Source of the DNA: Azolla caroliniana
Taxonomy: Eukaryota; Plantae; Polypodiophyta
Assembly: GCA_043228905.1 (NCBI GenBank)
Contig: JBHGNT010000011.1
Span: 13,392,001 to 13,456,000, forward strand
DNA length: 64,000 nucleotides
Reading direction: 5' to 3'
Position numbers and translations under genes: made by a program. Shown here one piece after another: positions 45,370 to 58,625 of this stretch. Every line of letters begins with the position of its first letter. Position 1 is the first letter of the stretch. Below the pieces are notes generated by a model, which did no database searches, had not been told where the DNA came from, and was given only the letters and a program-made list of their open reading frames with translations.

Positions 45370-45866
45370 CTATATCGAGTTTGTGTTTAAAGTCAATACT
45401 TATAAACATGAAGTTAATACTATGTATCAAGTTCCTATTTATAAGCCTCTACCTTAAACAGGAACTCGATACGACGAAGTGAGTTCCTATTTAAAGTAGG
45501 GCTTTTAAACACAAACTCCATATGTCATACCAAATTTGTGTTTGAATCAGGACCATGTTAATTGTCTGTAATAGTAAAAGGGTAGGAGAAATTGAAATGT
45601 CTGTAGAGTTAATATCCTACCTAGAGTCTGTGCACTCAATCTTCTTTGAAGACATGATGTTCGTGCTTGCTAGTGACAAGGAGTTGCTCAGGTGCTCCGT
45701 TGTTGGTGATGCTTCCTGTGCTTCTTGGTTCTGTGTGCTCTGAGTGCTTTATTACGCATGTGACCTCCGTAATATGAGGTCCTCCTATTTATAACGTGTT
45801 AAAACCGTGGTTAAAGTACTTATGGTTACTTTAACCGTAGTTAGGTTCTGTCCAAGTTAGTTCCCA

Positions 45867-46300
45867 TAGGTAGCAATGGGTGCGGTTCAGTTTCGGTTCG
45901 GTTCGGTTTCTTGGGCTTGAAACTAAACCAAACCAAACCAAACTGTTTAAATTTTATGAAGTCATTTAAACCGAACCGTTTAAACCAAACCATTTATGAA
46001 AAATTTAGAACCAAACCAAATCGGTTTATCATAAATCAAAACCAAACCAAACCGATAAACCGATAAACCGATAAACCTATAAACCTTAAAACCTTCAAAA
46101 CTTTTAAACCTTAAAACCAAACCACTTAAACCAAAACCGCTATACCGTGAAATTCATAACCAAACCAAACCAAAACCAAACAAGATCATAATATTTGAAA
46201 TCAAACCAAATGGTTTATTTATCTTTGAACCAATAAACTGTTTAGCCATGGCTTACCGGTTCGGTTCGGTTTGAGCCGAAACCGTGCCCATTGTTACCCC
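45867..46300. mobile_element. Probable hAT-type MITE
   Basis: Imperfect TIRs (TAGGTAGCAATGGGTGCGGTT / AACCGTGCCCATTGTTACCCC) and many AAACC/AAACCG subterminal repeats. No clean 8-bp TSD found. Confidence 0.55.
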
Positions 46301-47075
46301 CAAGTTAGCTAGTTGTTATTACTCTTTGGTTAGTTAAAATTTACTGACATAGGTACTCTACGTTACTCATAGGTTAGTTAAAAGTTAGTGAGTTAGGTAC
46401 TCTAGGGTAGTTATAGTTATAATTAGAATTAAATATGTGATTAACGATTATTGGTGATAGTAATTACATCGCAATTGTATTCAATGCATGTAATCATAAG
46501 TCAACAATAATTGGACATTATTGATTAGATTAGTACATAATAGTTTGATTATGATTACCAATATATGATTATGAACTTATGAATGAAGTGCAATAAATAA
46601 AGGTAAAATTTAATATACTTCCCTCTTTCCCACATGGGGAGTAGGAATTCTATTCACACGTGGGGAATGGCATAAATTTAAATGATTATGATCTTCATTA
46701 ATGAACAAATGATTGAGATTAGACTTACATATTTATGACTCTCTAATGATTTTGAATATAGACTATATGTATACAAATACAAATAGATTTTTTATATAAT
46801 ACACATTTTGGGATATAAACAATAATATTGTATAAATTAAAATTGATGTATATGATAATGTCTAGTGTGTACATATATTTATATAATGTATAAAATATAT
46901 TATTATATTTTAGGAAAGTGTTATTTACCCCCCGATTTTGGCTATCCCCCCCCCCCCTCCCCATTTGTTTTACAGTTTCTAATAGTTCTCACCTGGTTCA
47001 GTAACATGTCTCAATAAGCGTCTTCAGCTTCAATTATCTATAAAACCTTCACTGAGAGAGGGGCTCTAATCAGTT

Positions 47076-48250
47076 TGTTGGGAAATCGGTCCCTCCGGAT
47101 GGGATTCGGTGATGAATGAAGAGGACCTGGTGAGAACCAGAAGAAATCCGGAAACCGGAGGAGACCTGGTGAGAACCGGAAGAGAGCCGGTGAGAACCAA
47201 AAGCGAAGACATATTTGTAAATATGTTTTGAGTAAGCCTATTGAGGCTATATTTGTAAATAGCCCTAAGTTCATATAAGTATAAATATGACTTAGGGCAA
47301 TCACTTTATAGTTGTTGTTGTAGTTATTGTCATATTGTTGTAACTGTTGTATAGAGAGTGATAGAGAGTGAGAGAATGTGAGATACAGAGAGATACTCTG
47401 TTGTAATCGCCAGTTGGCGAAGATACAGAGCTCGAGGTCGTTGCCTCCGAAGCTCTGATTGTACCTTTCTCCTATAGTGATAGTTGGAGTCTGTGGGCTC
47501 CCGTAGTTTTTCCCCTATTTGGGTTTTCCACGTAAACATCCTGTGTGTACTTTCTTTTGGTGTGCTCTCTGCTTCCCATTTCTGTGTTTCATTCTCATTG
47601 AAGTGATTCAAGACTCGGTTGTGTCCCAGCAATATTCCGTGCTTTTCTCTTCAATCTAGTATCAGAGCGAACAACACAGAAAATGGAAGAATCATTCGGC
47701 GACATGTTCAAGCTCACCGGCTCCAACTACTCAGTGTGAAAGTCGAAGATGAGGGATATGTTGGTGGTCAAAGATCTTTGGTTGCTTGTTCATTTCGGGG
47801 ACAAGAGATAGGATAAGATCGACACCACAGTGTGGGAGGTGATGCACATGAAGACTACGACATACATCTGGTGCTTCATCGACAACTTCAATGAAGAGAG
47901 CAAGGCTCATGAACTCTGGGAGAAGATCGGCATCATGTTCCAGAACAAGAATGCTTTTAATCGGGTTTCAGTATTCCGGAAGCTCTTGAGGCTCCGGTAC
48001 CGGGACGGTTCTAGTATGGCGGAGCACATGAATGCCTTCCAGGGACTTATACACCAAGCAACCTCGTTGGAAGTACCTCTCGCCGATGAGGTACTCGCAT
48101 TGCTCCTGCTCGATTCTCTCCCGGATAGCTAGGAGACGTTAGTTGTCACATTGGGCAACACCGGGCCGGAAGGAAAGCAGTTGTCCCTAGCAAGGGTAAA
48201 ATCAAGCTTGCTAGATGAAGAAGCTCATCAGAAGGACCAGGAGTCCTTAT
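47076..48250 (+). mobile_element. Truncated Copia J: 5' LTR (47076-47653), mutated iMet PBS and decayed gag
   Basis: LTR start TGTTGGGAAATCGGTCCCTCCGGATGGG is shared with the C/F LTRs; TAGTATCAGAGC at 47657; gag-like LWEKIGIMFQNKN and LLLDSLPDS. Confidence 0.85.
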
Positions 48251-48254
48251 CATA

Positions 48255-50850
48255 TGCTTACCTTAGACCATCACTCTAAGAGTTGTCATAGACCAGTCGC
48301 CTTCCTCAATCTTCCGCGGCTCGAGTTGGTGTGTCCGGTCGAACTAGCCCTTGTTCTTCTTCCTCGTCGTTAGCATTTTTGCCTTTCCTTGTTCCAGACA
48401 GATTCGCACCGTTGTCGGATTTGCGATGCTAACAGCTCCTCTCTGCTCATCTCCTCCGTCCAATCGACCGCCATCCATGATATGATTGTCTTCTCTACCG
48501 CCATGATCGATTTCTACCCGAATATAAGTTTCGTCGTCATGTACCCAGTTACCGAACTGTGCGTAGTTTGGTCAGCCCATAAGTCATAGGGTAGGACCCT
48601 CGGCCAGTTGCCGACCAATCTGTCATATGCTCGTACTAATGCTTTCACGATCAAGGAATACCCTTGCTCGACCTTTCTGTTTGCCTCCGGATTGTACGCC
48701 GTCGTGAGGGAAAGCTTGACTCTTAGCCGGTCAAATAGCTCCTCATCTTCTTGCGTGTCCAACTCCCCTCGATCGGTTACAATCTCCGGGCTCACTTCGT
48801 CTTTCGTCCATGCTGCGTTCGGCCCCAACGTGATTAGGAACTTTCCAATCTGAAGCCATTCCCCATCGTAGTCATTCTCGTCGAACTCATTTAGGGCCGA
48901 AGTGCTTCGCTTGTTCGCCAACATTCGAGCCGACTTGAAGAAGTCCACACTGAACTATTCGTCTTCTTGATTAACCACCCATCTGATTCCAGACAAACTC
49001 GTGTCAACTATCATGTAAACCGAAGTATCCTTCTCGTACACAGCTTTCCGGAGAGCCGGTGCCACCATTAGCTTTTCCGTGTGCTCGTCGCCCCATTCGA
49101 ATTTCCGGCCTTGCTTCAGCAAGCCATAGAGCGGCTCGGCGATATGCGCGTAGTGCGGGATCCAAATGTGGTAGACGGCACACGCTCCCAGGAGTCGTCG
49201 AACTTCTGTGACCAACCAACACTCTGCCTTCATTGCCGATATGGGTTCTACCTTTTCTGGAGACAGTTACCGGCCATATGGTCCGCACAAGTGACCGACC
49301 ACAAGTCCTCGAAGAAGGTAAGTCGATCACCCTCAAGCCTATGCAGTATCTCCTCGCAATCAGAGGTGTGGTCCGCGACAAATTTCCAGCATCCGTCTGC
49401 TCCTATCGATTCGTCCTTCGCGTCCTCCAAACATCCCTTGATCGGGGTGTCATCCAAAAATGACATGGTGATCTCCGGGATACAATCCTTTGACGGGAAC
49501 TGAAGGCTCCTTATGCACAACGCTCGGCCACAACCGAGCTTAGGATCATACACAGAAAACGGGAAACAAATGTACGCGACACAAAGGAGAGAAAAGGTAC
49601 ACAGAATGTTTACGTGGAAAACCCGAGGGGAAAACCACGGCAGCCCACAGGCTGCAAACTATCACTATGTTGGAATGTACAAAACAGTGAGTTCACGGAG
49701 GCAACGACCTTGTACTCACGATCTTCGCCACAGGCGGCGGTTACAACAAAGGGAGCGACCTCTTTCTCTCTCTCTCTCTCTTTACACTGTTACGTGCTCT
49801 CTCTTCTTCTTGCACCAACAAGAAAAATGACAACTACAACTCTCTTCACATATTTGCCCTAAGTCATATTTATACTAATATGACTTTTCGGCTATTTACA
49901 AATATAGCCTCGATGGGCTCTCAGAAACATATTTACGAGTATGTCTCTTCCTCCGGTTCTCACCGGGTCTGCGTCATCCGGCTCTCCGTAGCCAGGTGCT
50001 CCTCATCCGGTTCTCACCGGGTCTGCACCATCCGGCTCTCCGTAGCCGGGTACTCCTCATCCGGTTCACACCGGGTCTGCACCATCCGGCTCTCCGTAGC
50101 CGGGTACTCCTCACACTGGGTCTGCACCATCCGGCTCTCCGTAGCCGGGTACTTCTCTTCCGGTTTCATCCGGAGGGACCTGTTTCTTCTCCCTTCCCAT
50201 CCGGAGGGACCTGTTTCCCAACATCCTTTAATACCTTTTTCATCGGATTCACCATGTGTGCCACCGAATTGGTCCCTCCTTGCGGCAAGGTACGCATCCG
50301 AACTAGGCCTAGAGAGGTTCACATCATCATGATATCCCTACTCTCCATAGGTAGCTGGAACTGGTCATACCAGGAGTATAAGTCTCCAACCAAGTATATA
50401 GACTTCCTAGCGAAGGCCTCTGCGAACTCATCTATCGGGATGGAATGCACAAAGTCGTCGAAGTGCAACATGTGCACATGTACATTAGCAATCAGAGATG
50501 TGGTCTGCGACAAATTTCCGGCATCCGTCTGCTCCTATCAATTCATCCTTCGCGTCCTCCAGACATCCCTTGATCGGGGTGTCATCCAAAACGGCATGGT
50601 GATCTCCGGGATACAATCCTTTAATACCTTTTTCATCGGATTCACCATGTGTGCCACCGAATTGGTCCCTCCTTGCGGCAAGGTACACATCCAAACTAGG
50701 CCAAGAGGGGTTCACATCATCATGATATCCCTACACTCCACAAGTAGCTAGAACTGGTCGTACCAGGTGTATAAGTCTCCGACCAAGTATATAGACTTCC
50801 TAGCGAAGGCCTCTGCGATCTCATCTATCGGGATGGAATGGACAAAGTCG
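48255..50850 (-). pseudogene. Deleted RT-RNaseH-INT relic of the A family
   Basis: IDEFAEAFA, FLDDTPIKG, EVRRLLGAC and TTAYNPEAN match A pol, with internal deletions and a ~0.39-kb tandem duplication. Confidence 0.88.
49491..50223 (-). mobile_element. Copia solo LTR (733 bp)
   Basis: TG...CA ends, perfect TSD TCCTT, homologous to the C/D/F LTRs, with CCGG-rich tandem repeats. Confidence 0.92.
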
Positions 50851-52398
50851 TCGAAGTGCAACATGTGCACATGTACATTAGGAAATGTATATAAAATAAA
50901 ACGGGATATTTATCCCACATTGTAACGTCCTTCCCTCCTTGGACCATAAAACGAGAGAGGAGTCTCTTGTGAAAGGGTTGCCCATTTTGAGTTAGGAGGG
51001 TATATTGTTAGATCTAAGGCATGGTGGTTGTTCTCTTCTTCTTACTTTCTTTCTTTTAGGGTTTCGTTTAGGTCTTCTTCTTCTTTGTCATGTGGGTTGG
51101 GTTTCTCTTCTAAGTGGAGTGTTGTTAGGTTCATATACTAGGGTTCAATGTTTCCTTTCTGTTACGGTTGTGTGGTTCTGAGTTCTTGTACTCTGAGTGT
51201 TTCTATTCGCATCACTGTCTCCTGTGCGAGACTCCACTCGTGTAGGCGAGCCTGAGTGCTCCTCGACTGGCGGTTTGGCAGCAGACAACGATTGTGCGTA
51301 GGTAAGAAGGCTCGTCTCAGCGCTAGGCTTCCACTTGCGTAGGCAAGCCCGAGTGCTCCCCGATTAGAGCTTGCTTGTAGATGGTTGTTGTATCTGTTCG
51401 GTATTGGACCGGCTTGAAACTGGTGTTATAACTTGTGTCCCTTGTAAATATATATGAGAAGACTTCCGTGTGCATATGTCTGTGTCGGTGTCTTTAGGTT
51501 TCTTCCTGTTTGGATGCGCTTGTGATGTGTCTATGTGTTGAGTCGTTCTGTGTCGTGTCGTGTCTCCTCTTTCGGTGCGGATACTCATCGTCTTGTATAT
51601 AAGAGGGTCCAAAGAGCTAGTGTGTGTGTGTGTGCTCTCCCTCTCTTCAATCCAGTTGCTTCTAGAACACATCCGAACCCATCAGGATCTATCCAGTTTA
51701 GTTGCTTCCGGCCCGCACCGGAATCGACCCATATCCACCTTTTGCTTTAGCAGCTCCATCAATCTTGGGATGTGAGCTTTCAGCACTAGAATCATTTTGA
51801 GATTCCATAGTACGTGTGGTACAATGAAGATCACCATGGGCTCTTGTTGAGAATCAAGCTCAACTTGGTTTAGTGTGTGAACTCACCTTGAGAGTGAATA
51901 GAGACTCCAACGGTCAAGAGTCACCATTAAGTTACCACTTTGTATTCTAGCATTAAGTATGAGTCATAGAATCATATTCTATGACACATAACTTATGAGC
52001 TTTCACATTCCCCATGCTCCATGAGTCTTGTAGTTAATGAAGAGAGAGGGTGACTACATAAAGCACCCTCCTCCCACCTTGTATAATGTTGAGTCTTTCT
52101 CCTTTGTTAATATACTCTTACCTTGCGTATTCTCTGTGTCTTATTCCTTGTCTCTCTCACTCACTCTCTCTCTCTCATACACACACATAACTCATATCTC
52201 TTCCGCTTCACAAGAATCCATATTCGATTCTTTACATGGTATCAGAGTGATTTGGTAGCTCCATCTATCCCATTCGCCTCATCGTGATCGTGTGTTGTGC
52301 TCCACGCCGACGACCAAGAACCGGCTCATCGTTATCGTAGCTTCGCTACATAGCTCGCATTCGAAGGGAGAAGAAGAAGAAGAAGAAGAATCGACATA

Positions 52399-53258
52399 AT
52401 GAATACTCAAATGGGGAGCGCTCTCCCTACTGAGAAGTTGGATCAAAACAACTTCGCATCTTGGGAGTACAAGATGCACCAATACCTTGTCGGACAAGGC
52501 TATTGGAGCTACATCAAACGAGCGCATGAAGACCAACCCGCCGAAGCGGCTCCCGGATACGCGACATGGGAGCAAGCCGCAAGTCGCGTGATATATTTCT
52601 TGGCGACATGTGTTCACGATCACATGCTTGGCTACATTCGCGAAGCCAAGACGCCGAAGGAGGCATGGGAAAATCTACGAAAGATTTTCGTGGCGAACAC
52701 AACCGCAAGAAGGCTTCAACTCCGCCAAGAGTTGAACAACATTCAACAAAGGGAAATGTCCATTACGACATACACCTCGAAGATCAAGGAGCTTTGCGAT
52801 TTGCTCGGCTCAATAAGCGTAAATATCGATGATGATGAGATGGTTCAAATATGCCTCGACGGCCTCGCACCACGGTTCGGCACAATGCGAACCGCCATTC
52901 TAGCACGGGAGAAATCTCCCTCCTTCTTCGAGCTCCAATCAATTATATTGGTCGAAGAAAACCATGTGCGTACAAGGAGCAATGAGTCGGAAGGCCACAT
53001 GCTCTACACGCACTCGAACGGAGGAAGAGGAAGCAGATGGTCGAGAGGCCGATTTGGTCAAGGACAAGGCGAATGAGGTTCGACTTACGATAACAACTCC
53101 CAATTTCGGCCGCGAAACGGAAGCCAATGAGGAACCTTCACAAGAAGGGGGAGCTTCCACTCCGGCCCGAGCCGTCAAAATGCAACCGAATGCGGATATT
53201 GCAGAAAGCTCGGCCACCACGAAGAAGAGTGCCGAAAGAAGATGCGTGAATCGGCTTC
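52399..53258 (+). pseudogene. gag: Copia H gag (frameshifted)
   Basis: KLDQNNFASW, TPKEAWENL, and a CCHC knuckle (CGYCRKLGHHEEEC) in a shifted frame. Confidence 0.85.
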
Positions 53259-53753
53259 TATTGTCCGCCGGAATAGTAACCGACGGACAAAAGCGTAGGA
53301 ATAAGAAATTATATAAGAGCATAAAGCATGTAACGGTTCATGCAAGAAGCATGAACGGCTAATTAGACCCTGCATATATAAAGGGCAGAAAACCTCTGAT
53401 GGAGGTGCGTGTAATTTTGGGGAATGTAAAGAAACGCCTGATAATAGAATTCTATCTTCTCTGATTTTCTGTGTATAGCTACGACTAGTTTAGTGTGGGT
53501 GTCTTGAATACTTAAGCGTTGTAGTACGTAAGTGTAACCCTTAATAGGGATTCGGTTGTAGCCGTCTTCCAATATACGCTGATAGGTTACGGGGGTTCTT
53601 CCCTTACGCATTACGCTTAAACACCTGTTCGTTGTTCCACACCCACTTTGAGGTCTAGGTCGAAGTACTGACCACGGACCGTGTTCCTAAACAGCAACAC
53701 TTTTGGCACACTTGGTGATCTGTGTTTCCTCATGGACGAGCAACAATGAATGG

Positions 53754-56700
53754 ATGTTTAGCCACAGACGACCCAGAGAACCAACACGACAAGACCGGCC
53801 AATAACAAGGTTGTACCTCAGCGACCTCAGTACTACCTACCGTGAGTGCAAAGGGGATTCTTCGCTCCCCAAATACCTCGACGAGACGCGGGGACCACAC
53901 TCACCACAACCACCCTATGGTCTTTCCCGATCCGCCGTAGCTCCCACTATGGCCTTTGCCTACCCCCGCTTTAACGGCGAAACCGACGCCGCAACGCATA
54001 TTCGCATGTTCCTGAATGTTTGGAATGCGAACCACATGGCGCAGAATCTCTCCGAGACGGTGGCACACCAGTTGAAAATGACAGAGTTCGGATTAACACT
54101 AGATGGGAGTGCAGCGTTTTGGCATTCACATATGGATTTACCAGCCATAACAACCTTCGATGAGCTGCAATCCGCTTTCTTGCGATTCTTCCATCGGAGA
54201 GTTCCACAACGCGAGATTCTCGGGTAGTTTTATACAATTAAGCAACTACCGACTGAGACAATAGCGGACTTCAGCTTACGTTTCCAAAATTTACGACGGA
54301 AATTGGAACGAAGCCCTGCAGAGGAAGAGGCTCAGGAAACATTTCTGGCAGCTTTATGCTGGCCCATCCGGGCAACGCTCAACAACAATAGCGTGAAAGG
54401 GGAAACAGCGGATATGGTAATTGAACGAGCGTTACAACTCGAGTTGGATGACGAGGAGGAAAGGTTTTCTATGTCCTCCGTACGACAAGCGTTACCTCAG
54501 GATGAGGAACGCCAATTTCGTCAAGCAATCCAGTGCACGACTTGCTTGAACTCGGGGCATTCCACAGTGGACTGCAATATGCGAATCTACTGCCCGATCT
54601 ACCACTCAAAGGCTCACACAGTCGACCAATGCGAGTACAATATGTTAAATAGAGCCACTCCCACAGTCCGCAGCATGGACACACATCGTCAACCGCACTG
54701 GGCTGAACAAAGGAGGCAAGAAGACCAACCCCGGTATAAGGATCGCAACCCGCGGGAGGACCGGTACAACCGGAATCGCCGGAATCACAACGATTCCAAG
54801 GAGGACAACCTAGAGGACGAGGATTATCGTGGACATCCGAGTTACGCCAAAGGGGGTCGGCGCTACGAGAATCAACGGCCGACAAACAAACGGGGCAGCT
54901 TCAATGGCTATCGAGGTAAGCCATGACAATATAGGGATCACCGGCGTTACGACGAAAGCTCGGGGGATGAGCGGCACCAGGAACAACGACGGGACCAATA
55001 GCAGCCACCGCGTACGTTCCAACAAACGAGGCCGGACCGCGAAGAGCAAGTAGCACCCGGAGAGCGGCACACAATACCTGGAGCAGAGAAGGGAGAATCA
55101 AGCATCCATTGTTTTATTTGTCAGCAACCCAGACATTATGCCACGCAATGTCCAGCATGCAAGGGAAAGGGGCCTGCTGTCAATACGATTACGGCGGAGG
55201 TGCAACAAGTCACGACACGCCAGCAAACAAAAACGGCGGATTGGGCTGCGCAAGACGAGGTACGCCGACAAGCCCAAGCGTGGTTGGGAAAGGCAAACGC
55301 GACCAATACGGAATGTATGCGGCAGGAGTTTGCGAACACAATGGAGCGGACAGAGAACGAAAGACCGGGTCCGGACCCCATTTGGCAGGTGTTAGCAGGC
55401 TGTGAAATAACGTTAACCATGGAAAAACTACTACAACTAGTTCCACGTTTCCGCCAGACCATGGAAGCATAGGTGGCGGGCATACCCGGGGCAAGCGTAG
55501 CCACAAACCTAACAGACGTTAGCGATGGACCACCGGTGGTGGATCAGCACAACCCAGCTATTACAGTAATATTGCACGGACAGGAAGTTCTGGGATGTGT
55601 AATCGACGGTGGCTCAGGCGTGAATGTAATTAGCGCGAAAACTTGCGAGCAATTAGGCATTTCCGAATGGGAGGTGTGTCCATTCTGGCTCTGCATGGCA
55701 GATACCCGCTCAGTGCGACCGTTGGGGTTAATTCGCAAAATAGGCATCATCGTGGGCGGACACTGCTTCGACATCTCGGCGGTCGTCCTCGCTTTGGACG
55801 CCCCAGGAGCGTACCCAGTGCTTCTTGGCAGACCATGGCTTCGGACAACAAATATCAAGCAGAGCTGGCAACACGAGTGTATCAATTTCCAGTATGGACG
55901 CACCAAGGTTCGTGTACCTACGGAAGGCAGCACGCCACAACCTAAGGGTATAACACCGTTACACGCGGAGGACATAAATATGTTGGCTGGGGTGGAGAAT
56001 GCAGAATTGGAGGCGTACCTCAACGAACAACCTCAGATTATTCCACTGTTCGAAATAGATGTCATAGCAACCGCGGCAGAATATGCCACAGCCACTGTTC
56101 CCCACGATGAGCCTTACGAACCAAACCCAGAGTCCATATTGGAACTCAGCAGAGCACAGGCGGCATTCGAAAGGGAAATGGAGATTTCACGACGAGTCAC
56201 TGCTTCCGCTCTCGAAGAATTAAATGTGGGTATGGAATCGAAGCCCCGGTTCCTCTCCATCGCAAAGGAATTAAGGCCGGACCAGAGAATCATGATGATC
56301 GCACTACTCACGGAATATAAAGATTTGTTCGCTTGGGCTCACGAGGACATGAAGGGGTTAGATCCCAAGTTCTATCAGCATAAGATCAATTTAGCAACTG
56401 ACGCGAAACCCGTCCAGCAGCGCCGCTACCGCATGAACCCCAATTACGCGACCCGCGTGAAAGAAGAAATTGACAAGCTCCTGAAGGCGGGGTTCATACG
56501 ACCAGTTAAACAAGTGACATGGCTAAGACCGATAGTGGTCATCCCAAAGAAAAAGGGCAAAATATGGGTATGCGTAGATTACCGAAAATTAAACGTCATA
56601 ACCATTACGGACGCATTTCTCTTACCCTTCACCGATAGCGTGATGGACGCCGTTGCAGGCCATGAGATGTACAATTTCTTAGATGGCTTCAATGGCTATA

Positions 56701-58291
56701 ACCAGGTATGCATGCAACCCGAGGACCAGGAGAAGACGGTGTTTGTCACGGACTGGGGAGTATATGTGGCAGTCGTCATGATGTTCGGGCTAAAGACAGC
56801 ACCAGGAACATTTCAACGAACGATTACAGAGATCTTTGGGGAATACATTCCGGCGTTCATGCAAGTTTTTCTAGATGACTTTGCGGTATATGGGGAAACA
56901 ATAGACCATTTTACGCACTTACGACTGTGCCTGGAACGTTGACGCACCGCACGCTTAAGCCTGAATCCCGCGAAATGTGCCTTCGGCGTGACCAGCGGGA
57001 CTCTCCTAGGCCACATAGTCAACAAAGAGGGAATAACGGTCGACCCAAACAAGATCTCCGCGATTACGCAAGCCAAAACTCCGACAAAAGCCAAATCGCT
57101 TAGCCGATTTTTAGGACAAATACGGTGGCATAGTCGGATGATACAATATTTGGCGGACTTCGCCACGCTGCTACACGTTGCCGTACATCGGACTCCTTTC
57201 CAATGGACTGCAACAGAGGATAAGGCCTATGAGGCACTTAAGATAATGCTCACACAGGCTCCCGTCGTACAACCACCAGTTTGGGCGAAGCCATTCCACG
57301 TGTTCGTCGACGCCTCGGACATAGCAATAGGAAGCGCACTAATGCAGCTCACCAAACCAAACTGGTACAGGCCAGTATACTACGCCAGTCGTAAATTGTC
57401 AGCAGTAGAGCGTAACTATTCCACAACAGAGCGGGAGGCGCTAGGGATGATATATAACATCAATAAATTCCGACACTATTTATTAGGAAGGAAATTCACA
57501 TTCCACATGGATCATTCGGCATTATTGTATTTGGTGGAGAAACAAGCCCTGACAGGGAAATTGGCGCAGTGGATGCTACTGCTCCAGGAATTCGATTTCG
57601 TAGTTTAGTACCGACCACAGACGCAACACACAGTGGCGGATTTTTTGAGCAGACTCGAGAATGGAGAAACAGTACAGAAAGACGACGACGATTTTCTGGA
57701 CGCCGATATCTTGCGAGTAGCGACACTTGCAGAAAAAACGAAATCCACCTTTCCGGACCGATGGCTTATGGAAATGACGTACTTTTTAACTACAGGACTG
57801 CCTCCACCACAATTACACACGGACGAGAAGAAACGGCTAGCTGTCCGAAGCCGTCACTTCTGCCTCGCCGAAGGCGTTTTATATCACGAAACCGATTATC
57901 AGAAGCCAAGTCGGAGGAGGTACGGCTCTACCAGCTCCTCGAACTAGGGGAAAAACGCGTCCACAACATGGTTGTGTTGGAACAGGAACATCGACGGCGT
58001 AAAGCGTTTGTGGATCGACATCAGAACTCAAGGGAAAAGGAGTTCGCCGTGGGCCGAGCGGTGCTAGTTTTTCAAACGCGCATGGGCCATATGCCGGGGA
58101 AGTTACGTTTCCGCTGGACCTGCCCATACTAGATAATTGGAGCGAAACAAGGCACGTTCCAACTAGGAACGCTGGCTGGAGAAGTAGTACGGCAAAAGGT
58201 GAATGGATTTCGGCTCAAACCTTACCTGGGCCCTACGCCACCTAACCTATTCACCGCCGAACGAGACAGAGCCGGGGAACCCGCAACGTAA
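53754..58291 (+). pseudogene. gag-pol: G gag-pol with many stops and a ~0.8-kb integrase-core deletion near 57887
   Basis: Colinear with B and E; jumps from GVLYH to the RNRLSEAK region. Confidence 0.9.
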
Positions 58292-58625
58292 AATGGACAG
58301 CCCTATTTGTACTATACTGTAAAAATAGGTTGTAAATAACCGTTACAAAAAAAAGAAAAAAAAAAGGGAAGATAGCGACTATTAAAACGACTAAAGGCAT
58401 GCACAAACTCCTAGTTCAAGAACACGCGGCACCACGATGGCTCACCGCCCAATGAACCCTAAGCCACAAAAAGAAGGAATCATAAGATTTTCTGCACAAA
58501 GCAGAAACCCATCTTCTAGCTATCAACGCTCCCATCGCTCCTCCTCCTCACCTTTTTCCCCATCCTACCTCAGAGCTCCAACTCACCACAACCACCCGTC
58601 TCCTCCCCACGAACTTACTCTGGCA

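Noticed and set aside
45370-47075. Host gene in the AT-rich interval
   Set aside because: Only short low-complexity ORFs and no convincing exon structure. Small exons cannot be excluded without RNA data.
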